Source: Eledone cirrhosa
Lineage: Eukaryota
DNA length: 64,000 bases
Reading direction: 5' to 3'
Assembly (NCBI GenBank): GCA_964016885.1
Contig: OZ024746.1
Span: 95,046,001 to 95,110,000, forward strand
Positions 1-16,519 of the stretch are shown piece by piece. Under the pieces are notes generated by a model. The model was not told where the DNA came from, did not search any database, and saw nothing but the letters and a program-made list of their open reading frames with translations. The position numbers and the translations under genes were made by a program. Each line of letters starts with the position of its first letter. The stretch's first letter is position 1.

Positions 1-312
1 GCCCTGGGGACCGCATTAGGCGATTTAGCGATCTCTCTCTATAATTATTAGTCTTTCTTTTTAGATAGATACATAGATATAACGTTGCGCCCTTATAATA
101 TCTGTCTGTATGTCTGGCTGTCTGCATTACGATATTATGACGTCGCTATCTGTGTGTATGTATATATATAGTGTGTGTGTGTGTGTATATATATATAGAG
201 TGTAACGTTTTTCGAAATATTTACTTCTGCGTTCACAGATTGATTTTCTTAGTTTCAGAAGATCCTGTTAAGGGTGAAAGCAACGATTCTTTGCTTAAAC
301 TTTAATCTGTTA

Positions 313-375
<63 letters not shown>

Positions 376-377
<2 letters not shown>

Positions 378-625
378 CAGTACAGATATTTTTGCATACA
401 CAATAACAAAATATAAACAAAACTATTTATTTCGCGATAAAGTATTGATTTTCTTCGCGCGGTAATCTGGTAATCTACGACGAATTTTTTTATAAGCACA
501 AAATGTAGAAATTGTAGACACCATCGTAGGCCGAGGTATTCGTGCTTCTCTGTACTGTTTCAGAAAGGAGGGATAAACATGCCAATCTATGTTTAGAATC
601 CGAGCAACGCCGGGCTATTCTGCTA

Positions 626-626
<1 letters not shown>
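376..626 (+). mobile_element. Non-autonomous Helitron, 3' portion
   Basis: Ends in GC-rich hairpin CCGAGCAACGCCGGG followed by CTAG|T (623-626). Body matches the reverse complement of 46013-46150. Confidence 0.7.
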
Positions 627-688
<62 letters not shown>

Positions 689-1018
689 CTTGAAAAGCTT
701 CAGTTATGCAAATTAAACTAACCACGTGCATGTCAAAGCAACAATTTGATTGGATATTAAATGTTAGACGTCATATATGCGACAGAAATCTACGAATTGT
801 AATGTTTAAGCAACCGATAATCGTTCAATGTGTATGATTGTTTAGTGAGCTTCTATGTATGTGTGTATTTTAGTCTAGCTGTGTGTGTGTGTGTGTGTGT
901 GTGTGTGAGTGTGTTGATGTGTGTACCTGTATCTACCTGTAGATATAACTATCTATGGATGTAAATAGATATATAGCAGTGTGTAGGTGTGCACAAATTT
1001 GCGCGTGACTGCGGTAGT

Positions 1019-4390
<3,372 letters not shown>

Positions 4391-4869
4391 GTTATGTATG
4401 TGTGTATTCCAATTATCACATGATTTATACATATACACTCGCATATACACTCGCATATACACTCGCATATACACACACTTAATACCTAGCCGAACATGAT
4501 AGAAATCTACGCGACGATGCGGTTTCTGCATCATTAGAGTCGTTTTTTCTTCTTCTATAAATGGAAGGGACAACGTATTGCTATTTATCGTTCGGATATG
4601 TTCAACATTGTTACATAATCGCTGTTTTATCAATAGCAGTGTGTGTGTGTGTCTGTGTGTGTCTGTGTGTGTCTGTGTGACTCTGTGTGACTCTGTGTGT
4701 TTGTGTGTGTGTCTGTGTGTGTGTGACTCTGTGTCCGTGTGAGTGTATATGAGTGACTGTGTGTGAATGTGTGTGTGTGTGTATGTAATTGTTGATAACA
4801 TCTAATGCGTGACCAGCCATCACTCACCTCCAAATTTCATGTATGTACATAGAGACAGATGGATAGATT

Positions 4870-5534
4870 TTATAAATATATATATATAAATATATATATG
4901 TATCTGTGTATATATGTATATATATATATGTGTGTAAATATGTATATATATGTGTGTAAATATGTATATATATGTGTGTATATATGTATATATATGTGTG
5001 TATATATGTATATATATGTGTGTATATATGTATATATGTATGTATATACATACGTATATATATATATATGTGTGTGTATATATATATGTATATATATGTA
5101 TATATATGTGTGTGTATGTATATATATATGTATATATGTGTGTATGTATATATATGTATATATATATGTGTGTGTATGTATATATGTATATGTGTATGTA
5201 TGTATATATATATGTATATATGTGTGTGTGTATGTATGTATATATATATATGTATATATGTGTGTATGTATGTACATATATATGTATATGTGTGTGTGTA
5301 TGTATGTATGTATATATGTGTGTGTGTATGTATGTATATATGTGTGTGTATGTATGTATATGTATGTTTATATATATGTATATATATGTGGGTATGTATG
5401 TATATATATATGTCTGTATGGATGTATGTATATATATATATATATATGTATATATATGTGTGTGTATGTATATATATATATATATGTATATATAAGGCTT
5501 TGTGTATGTATGTATGTATGTATGTATGTATGCG

Positions 5535-5570
<36 letters not shown>

Positions 5571-5711
5571 ATGTTATAATTATACAGCTATCCTGTACCC
5601 ATTAAGCACACGCGTTTATGTATCTATCCATCATTTTTAATTACTGCCACCCGTTAATATATAATGACACACGTATATATATATACATACATACATATAT
5701 ATATATATGTA

Positions 5712-5748
<37 letters not shown>

Positions 5749-5817
5749 ATATATATATCCGTATATATATACATACATACATATATATATATGTATATAT
5801 ATATATATATGTATATA

Positions 5818-5856
<39 letters not shown>

Positions 5857-5860
5857 ATGG
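4870..5860. repeat. (TA)n/(TATG)n microsatellite block
   Basis: Directly visible. Confidence 0.95.
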
Positions 5861-6043
5861 ATGGATATGTAGACAATGAATGTATGGTAGGCGTTTTTGT
5901 TTGTTTGATTATTTGGAGGTGTGAGCGAATGTATATATGTTTTTCTATATGAGATATCGAGTGGCAGTAACTGTATATGATGGATAGATGCACAATGGGT
6001 GTGTATCCGTTTACCTAGTTTATATATATATATATATTTTTTT

Positions 6044-6112
<69 letters not shown>

Positions 6113-6180
6113 CAAGGTTTAGCAAATAGCGAAAAAGTTTTAAAATAAATTTTTAAAACTTTACTGTACCTACTATATTT

Positions 6181-6264
6181 ACCCTTACCGCGCGGTTTCA
6201 AGTCTCAAAATAAATGGATAATCCATGCGGAAATACATTGAGAAGAAGACTTTCGTCAGAGGGT
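6181..6264 (-). ncRNA. Type I hammerhead ribozyme motif (intact core)
   Basis: Minus strand reads ACCCT-CTGACGA-AAGTCT...AGACTT-GAA-ACCGCGCGGT-A-AGGGT. Stem I ACCCT/AGGGT, stem II AAGTCT/AGACTT, palindromic stem III, GUA triplet. Lies in a ~265-bp insert between (TA)n tracts. Confidence 0.85.
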
Positions 6265-6374
6265 TCTTCTCACTCGGAGAATATAAAATTCCCGAGTTCA
6301 AAACACGGTCTGGCGCCATACAGAACTGTTCCCGGATGATAGTGTATGATGAAGAAACAATCCTATCTAGTGCC

Positions 6375-6434
<60 letters not shown>

Positions 6435-6750
6435 AAGGTATATATTGAGTTAGAAACTCAAAATAGTCTCTTACAATAAAATAGCTCTAAGAAAGAGATT
6501 CTCCCGAGCCGTATACAGGAATTGGTATTTCTATTCACAATTAATATTGCGAAACAGCACCAAAAGCTGTCTGGGTGATTGGTAGTTACCACAATTCCAG
6601 TTTGTATTTATTTTCTTGATTTTTTTCTTAAATTGAGACAGGCAAACCCTATTGTCTATAGCTAGTATTCTTTTCACCTTAGCGAATCTGGTCCCTTGCG
6701 ATTTGAACACATATATGTATATGTCTGTGTTCATTTTTCTTTTATATTCA

Positions 6751-6810
<60 letters not shown>

Positions 6811-6993
6811 GAAAAAGTATGACCCTGACGGCAGAGCTCAAGCCGTTTCGACGGCTATTTCAGTCCAGAAATAGCCGTTGAAACTACATGAGCTCTGCCG
6901 TCGTACTTTTTTCCTATTACCCACTCTACTACCCTAAGTATTCAGTACTCTGGTGCGTTATGGTCCATCTGGTTCCTTAACACAACTCCTTCG

Positions 6994-6995
<2 letters not shown>
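6811..6995. mobile_element. Fold-back palindromic element in TA tract (hammerhead-3'-half family, copy 1)
   Basis: Imperfect ~100-bp palindrome 6811-6913 plus a tail shared with 23817-24012 and 49040-49222. Confidence 0.75.
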
Positions 6996-7027
<32 letters not shown>

Positions 7028-7186
7028 AAATAGTTTTATCGCTCTACATGGATGAATACAAGAAATTTAAATTTGAGTTTTTCGAATAATAACATTTGTG
7101 TCGTTTTCAATTATGCAAACAGCCTCTTAAGCCATGTCAGTAGAATGACCTCGTTATTCTTGCTCTTATGTTGGCATACAAACAGA

Positions 7187-7233
7187 ACGGTAGACACTAA
7201 TGTTTCTGGGTGATTACCCTTCATCAGAACCGT
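7187..7233 (-). ncRNA. Type I hammerhead ribozyme motif
   Basis: Minus strand reads ACGGTT-CTGATGA-A-GGGT-AATC-ACCC-A-GAA-ACA-TTAG-TGT-C-TACCGT. All three stems pair (first stem I pair is U-U); GUC triplet. Confidence 0.8.
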
Positions 7234-7810
7234 ATACCGTTTACCTGCCAACTGTCAGAGCTAGTGAAAATATATGATATTTTCTGGAATATACACTGGG
7301 TTTGCTAACGTGCAGATCTGACAGAGAGAGAGAAAGTGTGTGTGTGTGTTTCGACAGAGCTAGCTGGCAACAGACATGACTCCCTGTGAAATTTGGTAGC
7401 CTCGGCCTCTGAGCTACTTCTGACCTAACACTGCTGGTCTACCTATCTTCAATCACCTCCAATCGCACCCTCATACATACATATATACATACATACATGA
7501 TGGCTGTCCCCTCGTTATCGAGTATGGCCACTGCCGTCGAGGTCATACTTTTTCCTATATATATATATATATATATGCATATACATATGTGTGTGCGTGC
7601 ATCTGTGTACGTGTATGTAAGTATATATATATATGTATTTATGTATGTATATTGTACGCGTGTGTATGCCAGTTGCCATGGTCACAGTAATTAGGTGTGT
7701 GAATGATTACGAACACGAATATAAAAACCTTTAAGTAATGAAAGAGATACGAAACTAATGACTATGCTACGGTTATAACACGGTTTAAGCATCATTGTAA
7801 ATGTTTTTAA

Positions 7811-8017
7811 CCCTTTAGCATTCACATTACTCTATATATACTATTATATTTTCATGGTAAAGGCTTTACCTCGCATAATATCGAATCTATGAGATTTTGA
7901 AAGTATTTATTTTGAGAACAATACCTTAACATCAGTTTGAGCGACCAGTTACAGCCAGTTTCAACAGAAAGAGGTAGAGAATTCTGGCCGGTTTTGGCCG
8001 GTTTCAACATTAAAGGG
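7811..8017. mobile_element. piggyBac-type MITE
   Basis: TTAA|CCCTTTA...TAAAGGG|TTAA termini. Confidence 0.65.
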
Positions 8018-8351
8018 TTAAGTCAGTATTATCTATATCTGTATATTACTAAAAGTCTGAGATTGCTTGCTTGCTTGTCTGTAATGTAATACAGCCAAAA
8101 GGGCGCATAATGGGAAAATACTTTGAAAGGAAGTTGTCCCTGAAATGGGAATACAAATGGAATAAAACAAGTTTCGCGTAAATCGAAGCATGGGTTCCCG
8201 AGATATGGGGTTTTCTGGGTACCTTCATAAACAGAGAAAGAGAAAAATAGAGAGGAAGAGATAATGGTAGTGAGAGGGTAGATTGAAAGAGAGACATAGA
8301 GTGAGAGAGTAGATTGAAAGAGAGACATAGAGAGAGGAGACAGAAATGGAG

Positions 8352-8389
<38 letters not shown>

Positions 8390-8638
8390 TATATATGAGT
8401 GTGTGCGTGTATATGTATATATATATGTGTGTGTATATGTGTGTGTCTGTCTATGACCAGTGTATATATATCACAGAAACCCACATATATATATCTACAC
8501 ACACATACACATATATATATATGTATACAAACACACACATTTATATATATAGTTACGTTATTCCGGGTTGAATCGGAGGTAACCACAGTAAGTAAGGTAC
8601 TCAATACATAGCAGAGTATAAAAGTGTTAATATAGATG

Positions 8639-8689
8639 AGATTCTACAGGACTAGAACTGTTTCATTCTTTAGAAATCATCAGGAATCT
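8639..8689 (-). ncRNA. Type I hammerhead ribozyme motif inside Helitron
   Basis: Minus strand reads AGATTC-CTGATGA-T-TTCT-AA-AGAA-T-GAA-ACAG-TTCTAGTC-CTGT-A-GAATCT; GUA triplet. Confidence 0.8.
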
Positions 8690-9253
8690 GGCTTTCCAAA
8701 AATAAATAAATGTTGTGGTATTTATATCTTTTCAAGTGATAGGACAGGGTGGGGAGTGGGATGGGTAGAGGTCATTGGTTGATAGAAAGGGAATTCATTA
8801 AAAGCTAATTCTTTAAGGCTTATAATTTATATTTAGAGTAACAAAGGCAGAAAGAATTCTATAAACAAGTTTAGAATGGGGTGCCACTCCTTATTTTTAA
8901 GTTTCTCTTAAGCTAACAATGCCTATATTTCAGGTGTCTATAAGATCGTTGGGGGTCGGTCATGGTTGATGGATTTAAAGAAAAGGGAAATTCTTTAAAA
9001 GCTAATTCTTTAAAGTTCTACTTAGAGTGACAAAGGCCTAGAGAATTCTGTAAACCAGTTCAAAATATTTGTTTCTACTTTAGGCACAAGGCCAGCAATA
9101 ACCCAGTTCATTACTGGTACTTTATTTTATCGACCCCGTAGGGATGAAAGGCAAAGTCAACCTCGGCGGGATTTGAACTCAGTTCAAAATATTGGGTGCC
9201 TATCATATCATTAACTTCAAATTTCTCTTAAGCTATATTCCAGGTGTCGACAG

Positions 9254-9284
<31 letters not shown>

Positions 9285-9388
9285 TATACATATATAAATT
9301 AATAAAAACAATGAATAAAAACAAAGAACAAGTTCCTTATATTAAAAAATTCATTTTACGATCGTTTCTAGGATATATATGTATCTAC

Positions 9389-9447
<59 letters not shown>

Positions 9448-9568
9448 ATATATACACACACATACATATACATATACACACATATATATATATATATACA
9501 TATACATACATATATACATACAATAACATATACACACACATATATACACACACATATACACACACTTG

Positions 9569-9600
<32 letters not shown>

Positions 9601-9679
9601 TATACATACACACATACATACACATATATATACACATACATATATATATATATATACCCACACACACATACACACTCAT

Positions 9680-9713
<34 letters not shown>

Positions 9714-9929
9714 TACACACATAGATATATATATACACACAAATATATATACATATATATATATATACACATATATATATACATATACACATACATATAC
9801 ATATATATACATATACACATACATATACATATATATACACACATATATATATATATATATGTGTGTGTATGTGTGTGTGTGTATGTATATGTGTGTGTGT
9901 GTATGTATATATGTGTGTGTGTATGTATA

Positions 9930-9980
<51 letters not shown>

Positions 9981-10006
9981 ATATATATACATACACACAC
10001 ACATAC

Positions 10007-10052
<46 letters not shown>

Positions 10053-10298
10053 CCACACATATATATATATATATACATATATACATACACATACATATAC
10101 ACATACACATACATACATATATACATATACTCATACATATATATATACACATATATATATATATATACACATATATATATATATATATATATATTCACAT
10201 ATACAGATATATATATATACATATACACATATATATATACATATATACACACACATACTTATATATATATACATATACACATATATATATACACATAT

Positions 10299-10331
<33 letters not shown>

Positions 10332-10444
10332 CATACATACACACACGTATATATATGGGCCTTCCAATTTCATTTCACATTATATACATGTCTGTATATA
10401 TTTTAATTATTTAAAAAAATTTTTTAAGCGAACGTGACCCAACG

Positions 10445-10714
10445 GGTCACGGTTTGGTCTAGTTTACTACTAAAACTCTGGGTCACGGTTTGGTCTAGTT
10501 TACTACTAAAACTCTGGGTCACGGTTTGGTCTAGTTTACTACTAAAACTCTGGGTCACGGTTTGGTCTAGTTTACTACTAAAACTCTGGGTCACGGTTTG
10601 GTCTAGTTTACTACTAAAACTCTGGGTCACGGTTTGGTCTAGTTTACTACTAAAACTCTGGGTCATGGTTTGGTCTAGTTTACTACTAAAACTCTGGGTC
10701 ACGGTTTGGTCTAG
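10445..10714 (+). repeat. 36-bp tandem array, 7.5 near-identical units
   Basis: Unit GGTCACGGTTTGGTCTAGTTTACTACTAAAACTCTG; no spacers. Confidence 0.97.
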
Positions 10715-10729
10715 TTTACAGTAATATTA

Positions 10730-11290
10730 GGATGGTTGATTGGCGGGAATGTTGGCACGTCAGATAAAATACGTCACGACCTTTGTTTCTGCCCTTTTTT
10801 TACATTCTGAGTGCAAATCCTGCCAATGTCAACTTTGCCCTTCATCCTGTCATCTATTTCCTTCTTCTTCTTCTTCTTCTTCTTCTTCTTCTTCTTCTTC
10901 TTCTTCTTCTTCTTCTTCTTCTTCTTTTTCGCCCACTTATTCCTGAGAGGGTCGAGGGGGCAGTGTCCTAAAACATTATTTGGGGTCGATAAATAAAATT
11001 ACCAGTCGGATATTGGGTTGATATAATCAACATTTCCCTTCCCCACAAATAGCAGGCCTTGTACCTAGATTAGAAACCCTTATTTATGGCACTCACACAC
11101 AGTTTTAATAACAGCAAGTGTAGCCAATTTAACATAACGATATAGCGGTTCTGAGTTCAAATCCCACCTTGGTCAGATCTACCTTTCATTCGCCAGGGAT
11201 CAACAAAATAAGTACAAGTTAAACACGAATTCGGTTTAAACTACCTTCCCTCCGAAAATATTCTGCCATTGTGCCTATCTTAAAAGCCAT
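10730..11290 (+). mobile_element. Old tRNA-derived SINE copies; the first is interrupted by an RTE 3' tail with (CTT)n
   Basis: Diverged GAGTGCAAATCC B-box and AACTTTGCCCTTCATCC motif. 10861-10960 matches the RTE 3' end at 14501-14600. Confidence 0.65.
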
Positions 11291-11366
11291 TGTTTATTGA
11301 ATCAACTAGAACGTCTCATGGTGTTTGATGAACTAATAGAAATAGCAGGCAATTCTTCCTCATATC

Positions 11367-11690
11367 CAGGGCCGGATTTAATGGGTAGTGGGGACAAAAG
11401 AGGCAATTTCTCTTGGCGCTTGCTGTGGGGGGCCCCACAGGCGACTGCCGTAGCAATTTATTTGTGCCCTCAGCTGGGGTTTTTAGTTTTAGGATTAGAT
11501 TTTTTTTAATTTAATACCTGTATGAATAACTTTTCAATTCTAATTACTTGCGCCAAGCTGACTTTGATACGTAAAATTGGGGGGTTTGCTGTGTATTTTA
11601 ATTTGTTGTGCCCCCCCCCCCCCAAGAACCTGAATTGTCCCGGAGCCCTGAAGGTCTAAATCCAGCCCTGAAGGTCTAAATCCAGCCCTG
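11367..11690. mobile_element. hAT-type MITE with duplicated right terminus
   Basis: TIRs CAGGGCCGGATTTA / TAAATCCAGCCCTG; 8-bp TSD CTCATATC/ATCATATC; last 20 bp tandemly duplicated. Confidence 0.8.
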
Positions 11691-12309
11691 ATCATATCAC
11701 ATTCTACCATCTAAGAAAAGGGGAGTGCACAATGGATAATTTCGTCCTGGATATACTATTTCTTACAAACTTATGGTAAACATAAAACTGCTTCATCAAT
11801 TTTCCTTCTAGATTGAAAGGCAAAAACAACAACCATTTTTATAGCTTTGGGGAAAGTAGACGTCGGACAAAATGCTTTGCACCATTTTTAATGACCCTTT
11901 ACATTCTGAGTACAAATCCTACCAAGGGTCAATAAAATAAGGTACCAGTAAAATATTGGAATCGATATAATCGACTTTCTCCTCACCTCTAGAGTTGTTG
12001 GCGTTCTGCCTCAATTAGAAACCATTATTTACGACTCTGTCAGGAACTTCTCGGGACAGAGACAGGAAACGGTGGAAAAGATATAATAGCACTCTGGCAG
12101 TATTTCATTACGTTTTGACTTTAATTTCCGTCGAGATCAACTTGATATTTCGTCCTTCATGGCTCGATGAAATAAGCACTAGCTAATTACTGGGATCGAT
12201 TTAACTAATTGCTCAATCACCTAACCAACCACCACAAAATTGCGTGATCTTGTACTTAATTCAAAAATCAATATTTATTTCAAAACTGGCCAAAGATGCC
12301 ATTGTCTCT

Positions 12310-12750
12310 CAATCTTTTGAAAAGACAAACAAATACCGGGGATTGTCCGGCCGCTTCCTCTCCGCACCAGCCACCGTCCAGACCTCAGGTGTACTTGGAC
12401 CTTGTACTGTCGAACTCCTCCGCAAGATCCTAACGTCAGTAGCTCGTCTAAGGAAAGAGCCCCGCGATGTTGGGTGGTTGTTGCAGCGGGTGTTGCTGGC
12501 CGTTGTCCGCGGGAATGCTTTTGCGATATTGTCTGCGGCGCACAGCCCCAACACCACCGCATTCTAGGCACAGAGACCATCACCATTCCCCCTTCCTCCT
12601 CCCAATTTTCTGTGGCCCTAGAGCCCTTTCTTTCCCTTCCTTTTTTTCCTTTTTAAATATTTGTAGTGTTTTTCTAATTATTTTATAGTCATTCATTCAT
12701 GTTTGGACATATATGTTTGTATAAATGTAAATATAATATTAAAGAAAAAA
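12310..12750 (+). mobile_element. 3' fragment of RLE-bearing non-LTR retrotransposon (CRE-like)
   Basis: KTNKYRGL..F..P..QTSGVLGP...LLQRVLLAVVRGNA matches the C-terminal restriction-like endonuclease motif; homologous to 28790-29250. Confidence 0.7.
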
Positions 12751-14123
12751 TAAAATAACTGTCAGTAATATACTGGAGTTGATTCAGTAAGCTAAACACT
12801 TGCTTTTGGAGACAGGTGAAGTGTACAAAAAGCAAAGATGCACTCGATGTAGATCACGTGATGACTGGGTCCACCGAGAATTCCACGTTCACTAATTTGA
12901 CTCGACGTCACGAGTCCTACCACGGAAGTAGTTTAACGGTTTCCAGACAATATTTATAATACCAGTCAAATAATTAAAAAGGAGCCGTTCACCAGATCGG
13001 ATCAAGGAAACTATGTTAGCTTGTATCTTTGCATAGCTGATACTAACTTCTGTCAGAAGCGTCACCGCGTTTCCAATGAAAGGAAGCAATATTTGAACTC
13101 CGTCGTCGGATCAGACTCTGCAAAAGATCCTGTTAGGCTTTATGACAATTCTACCAATATATCGACCATTAACTGGTACTTTATTTATCGACCCCAAAAG
13201 TATGATAGACAAACTTTACCTCGACAGGATTTGAACGTAGAGCGCAGAAATTTGGAACAAATACAGAAGCATTTATTCTGACACTCTTCCGATTATACCA
13301 ATTAATCGTTTATTCCCTCCTCTAATATAGGGACGAATGTGTCTTCCAGTTGTTAGATCAATGGAATAGCCTATTCGTGAAATTAACATTAAGCAACTGG
13401 GGGTACAAGACTCTTCTTTATACAGGGCACCAGTCTTTTGCAGAGTTAACCCACAGCTGTCACACTTTACTCATTTTCACCTGAGTGAACCTGAGCAACG
13501 TGAAATGAAATATCTTGCTAAAAAGAAACAACGTGACACGCGGTCTTGAAATCGAAGCCGTGACCTTACAGTCATGAACCTAACACTCTAATCACTAGGC
13601 AACGTAATCAGCCTAAACCCCACTTTCGCAAATATTTCACTCTCATTTAATATCTTCTTAAATGAGTGTGACATCTTAATTCTGCTATTTGCAGAGTATT
13701 GGCAGTTATCTCAATCCTATCATAATATTTGCTGTTTATTAGAAGCTCTACATGGTTTACGACAACGGAAGTAATGGCTGTGCTTTTGTCTGAAGAGCTA
13801 AACAAGAAGCTCTTGAAACTGGCTGTTCTTCCCAAGAACAACAATTACCGCTCTCATTCATTTAGTTACTTATTGCGCTATATATATATTTAGTATGCAT
13901 AAGCGCTATGGACACCTGCTGTATGTACATTTTTTAGTAAATAGTTTTCAGTGCTTCTTCCCTCATCATATCTGAAAAATAACTTGCAAGTAATGTTAAT
14001 GCAGCTATGATGAATTATTAACGTGTGAATAAAACTATCAGTGTTAAGTGTTGGCAACTACTGAGCAGCAAGTTGATATGGGTGTTTCTGTCAATTTCGT
14101 AGCGTCTATGATAAAATAACTTT

Positions 14124-14173
14124 ACAAAATTCTGACGAGATAAGAGATTCAGCTACAGAAAGCTCGATTTTGT
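14124..14173 (+). ncRNA. Minimal type I hammerhead ribozyme candidate
   Basis: ACAAAATT-CTGACGA-(weak stem II)-GAA-AGCT-C-GATTTTGT. 8-bp stem I (one G-U) and palindromic AGCT stem III. Confidence 0.55.
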
Positions 14174-14500
14174 CACTCGTTCAAGAATGGGGACGGAGTG
14201 TTGCCGAATGGTTAGGGGGTTCGCTTCACAATCATTAAATTCTGGGTTCGATCACACTGCGAGGCATCTTGAACCAATGTCGTTTACTACAGTCTTAAGT
14301 CGACAAGAAATCTGTTTATCAGGAATGACCTTCGAATAAAAAGAGCAAGGAACAGAAGCAATTATTTCAAAATCAAGATTTATCAACGAAAACGTGATTT
14401 TTGATTTTGGTTTGGAGTTTGTTGTTTTGTTTTTTTGTTTGGAAGGAGCTGTGTACATTACCATCGCACATATACTGAGGCCGGTGGAATTCTTATTTGC

Positions 14501-14990
14501 CTTCTTCTTCTTCTTCTTCTTCTTCTTCTTCTTCTTCTTCTTCTTCTTCTTCTTCTTCTACGCCCACTTATTCCTGAGAGAGTCGTGGGGGAAGATTCCG
14601 CAAACACTCCTTCCAACTGATCAGGATGGATCCCTAAGTGTGAACAGCCAAGCTCATGGATGTTTTCCAGACATCTTGCTCAGGGTCTGCCCCTGGGTCT
14701 CTTTACAGTTGGTTTTGCCCGTAAATTCGGTTCAGCGATTCTTTCCTGACACATTCTAGCCACATTTCCGTAATATTGGAGATGTGATCTCTCAATTCGG
14801 AGAAGTAGCGGCTCTAGCTGAAGTGACCCTCTGATCTATGAGCTACGAACTCTATCTGGTAACATTAATCCAAAGACCCTTCGGCAGAACCTCATTTCGG
14901 CCGCTTGTATTCGGGATCGTATTTTTTCGATCATTACCTAAGATTTATGACCATAGATAAGGGTTGTCACGAATACCGAATTGAAGATAG
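14501..14990 (-). mobile_element. RTE (Expander/Rex3-like) LINE 3' fragment with (GAA)n tail
   Basis: Reverse complement aligns with 41640-41830 and 58887-59190; (CTT)n at the 3' end. Confidence 0.75.
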
Positions 14991-15299
14991 CCCGATTCAA
15001 ATTCCTCTTGAACAAGTAGTACATGTCGACAACTCCACAATCGGTTTTCAGACACCCTAAACTTCAGAACTATCCTGTATTACCCGTTTAAGGAAAATAG
15101 AGTTAAGGGGATTGGGATTTCCTCCATATTATCGGAGCTGTAGTATTCAAATTATTTCATATGACACACATTTATACTTGAGACCACGTACTGAACTAGT
15201 CTGACGAGACACAGGAAATTCGAGTGTCCGAATTATAAGATCACCAAAATTACTGGATCACCAGTTGCCGGAAAATCAATGTTGAGTGTGTCTGTTGGA

Positions 15300-15620
15300 T
15301 CCCCGTCGGTTTCGACGACGAGTGTTTTGGTTGTTTGAACAACGAAACAGCTTGCTCGTGAAATTAACATGTATATCACCGAGTATTCCACGGGTACACG
15401 TAGCCCTAACGTACTTCACAGAAGAATTCAACGAGTCGCAATGTGTAACAAGGCTGGCACTTTGAATTACTGGTACAACTAGTGTTTGCCAGCTGCGTAG
15501 ATTGAAGTAACGTGAAATAGAAGTGTCCTACTCAAATGTACAATGCGCTGGTCAGCCTGGGAATCGAACACGCAACTTTACGATCATGAGCCGAGTGGCC
15601 TAACCACTACACTACGCGCT
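15300..15620 (-). mobile_element. tRNA-headed SINE (third family)
   Basis: Reverse complement of the family at 49938-50245. Confidence 0.65.
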
Positions 15621-15694
15621 TCAATCGAAGTTGTACTTGTACAAGAAAAGGGAAAAAATTGCAGAGGCTCGATATTCTAGGGAGAAAAATAATG

Positions 15695-15935
15695 ATTTCT
15701 AGTATAGGCACAAGGCCAGTAATTTGGGGGGAGGGGAAAGTCGATTAAATCGATCCAGTACTTTACTGGTACTTTATTCTATCGATCCCGTAAGGATGAA
15801 AGGCAAAGTTAACCTCGGCGGGATTTGAACTCAGACCATAAGTGGCCATAACTCTTTGCTGGAAAGCATGGCGTCCGACTCTCTACTGATACTAGGGCCG
15901 TAACTCTATGCTGGAAAGCATGGCATCTGATACTG
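15695..15935 (-). mobile_element. tRNA-derived SINE (main family)
   Basis: GGATGAAAGGCAAAGTTAACCTCGGCGGGATTTGAACTC core. Confidence 0.85.
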
Positions 15936-16260
15936 CCTTATAATGAACACAGTGATTAATGCGGGAACAAGGGGTGGGCGGGCACAATATGAATGGTGAT
16001 AGGAGGAGTGATAAGTGGGTCGGATGGCTCTGATTGAAGGTGATATGATATCAGTCATCACTAAAGACAGGGGTGACAGTCGTAGCGGAAGTTATGGCAG
16101 AGTATATTGAGTGGTAATTCAGATATTGTTTGACTGGTGTTATGTAGGGATTTATATACACACCTCTATTAACATACATGATGGCTGCCCCCTCGTTATC
16201 GAGTATGGCCATTGCACGAGGAAAAAATAAATAAATAAAAAATAAATAAAAAGTTTAAAA

Positions 16261-16321
<61 letters not shown>

Positions 16322-16519
16322 CATACATATACATACATATACATACATATACATACATATACATACATATACATACACATATATTAATAACAATAATAAT
16401 AATAATAACAACAATAATAATAATGACAACGACAACAATGATAATATACATATACATATATATATACACACATTCGCACACACATAAACATATCTATACA
16501 CGTACACACACGATAGCAA

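Larger units (their letters stand above)
8032..10714 (+). mobile_element. Non-autonomous Helitron (family A, copy 1) with internal microsatellites, captured hammerhead segment and terminal 36-bp array
   Basis: 5' A|TC...TACTAAAAGTCTG start; 3' hairpin CGTGACCC-AAC-GGGTCACG (10433-10451) followed by CTAG|T. Collinear with 48585-49740. Confidence 0.8.

Noticed and set aside
10445-10714. CRISPR-like 36-bp repeats
   Set aside because: Contiguous units with no spacers, no cas genes and a eukaryotic context.
15195-15245. CTGACGA-GACAC...GTGTC-CGAAT hammerhead-like motif
   Set aside because: Stem II pairs but GAAA is broken and stems I and III are unconvincing; similarly weak cases at ~4525-4552, ~13790 and ~40965-40992.
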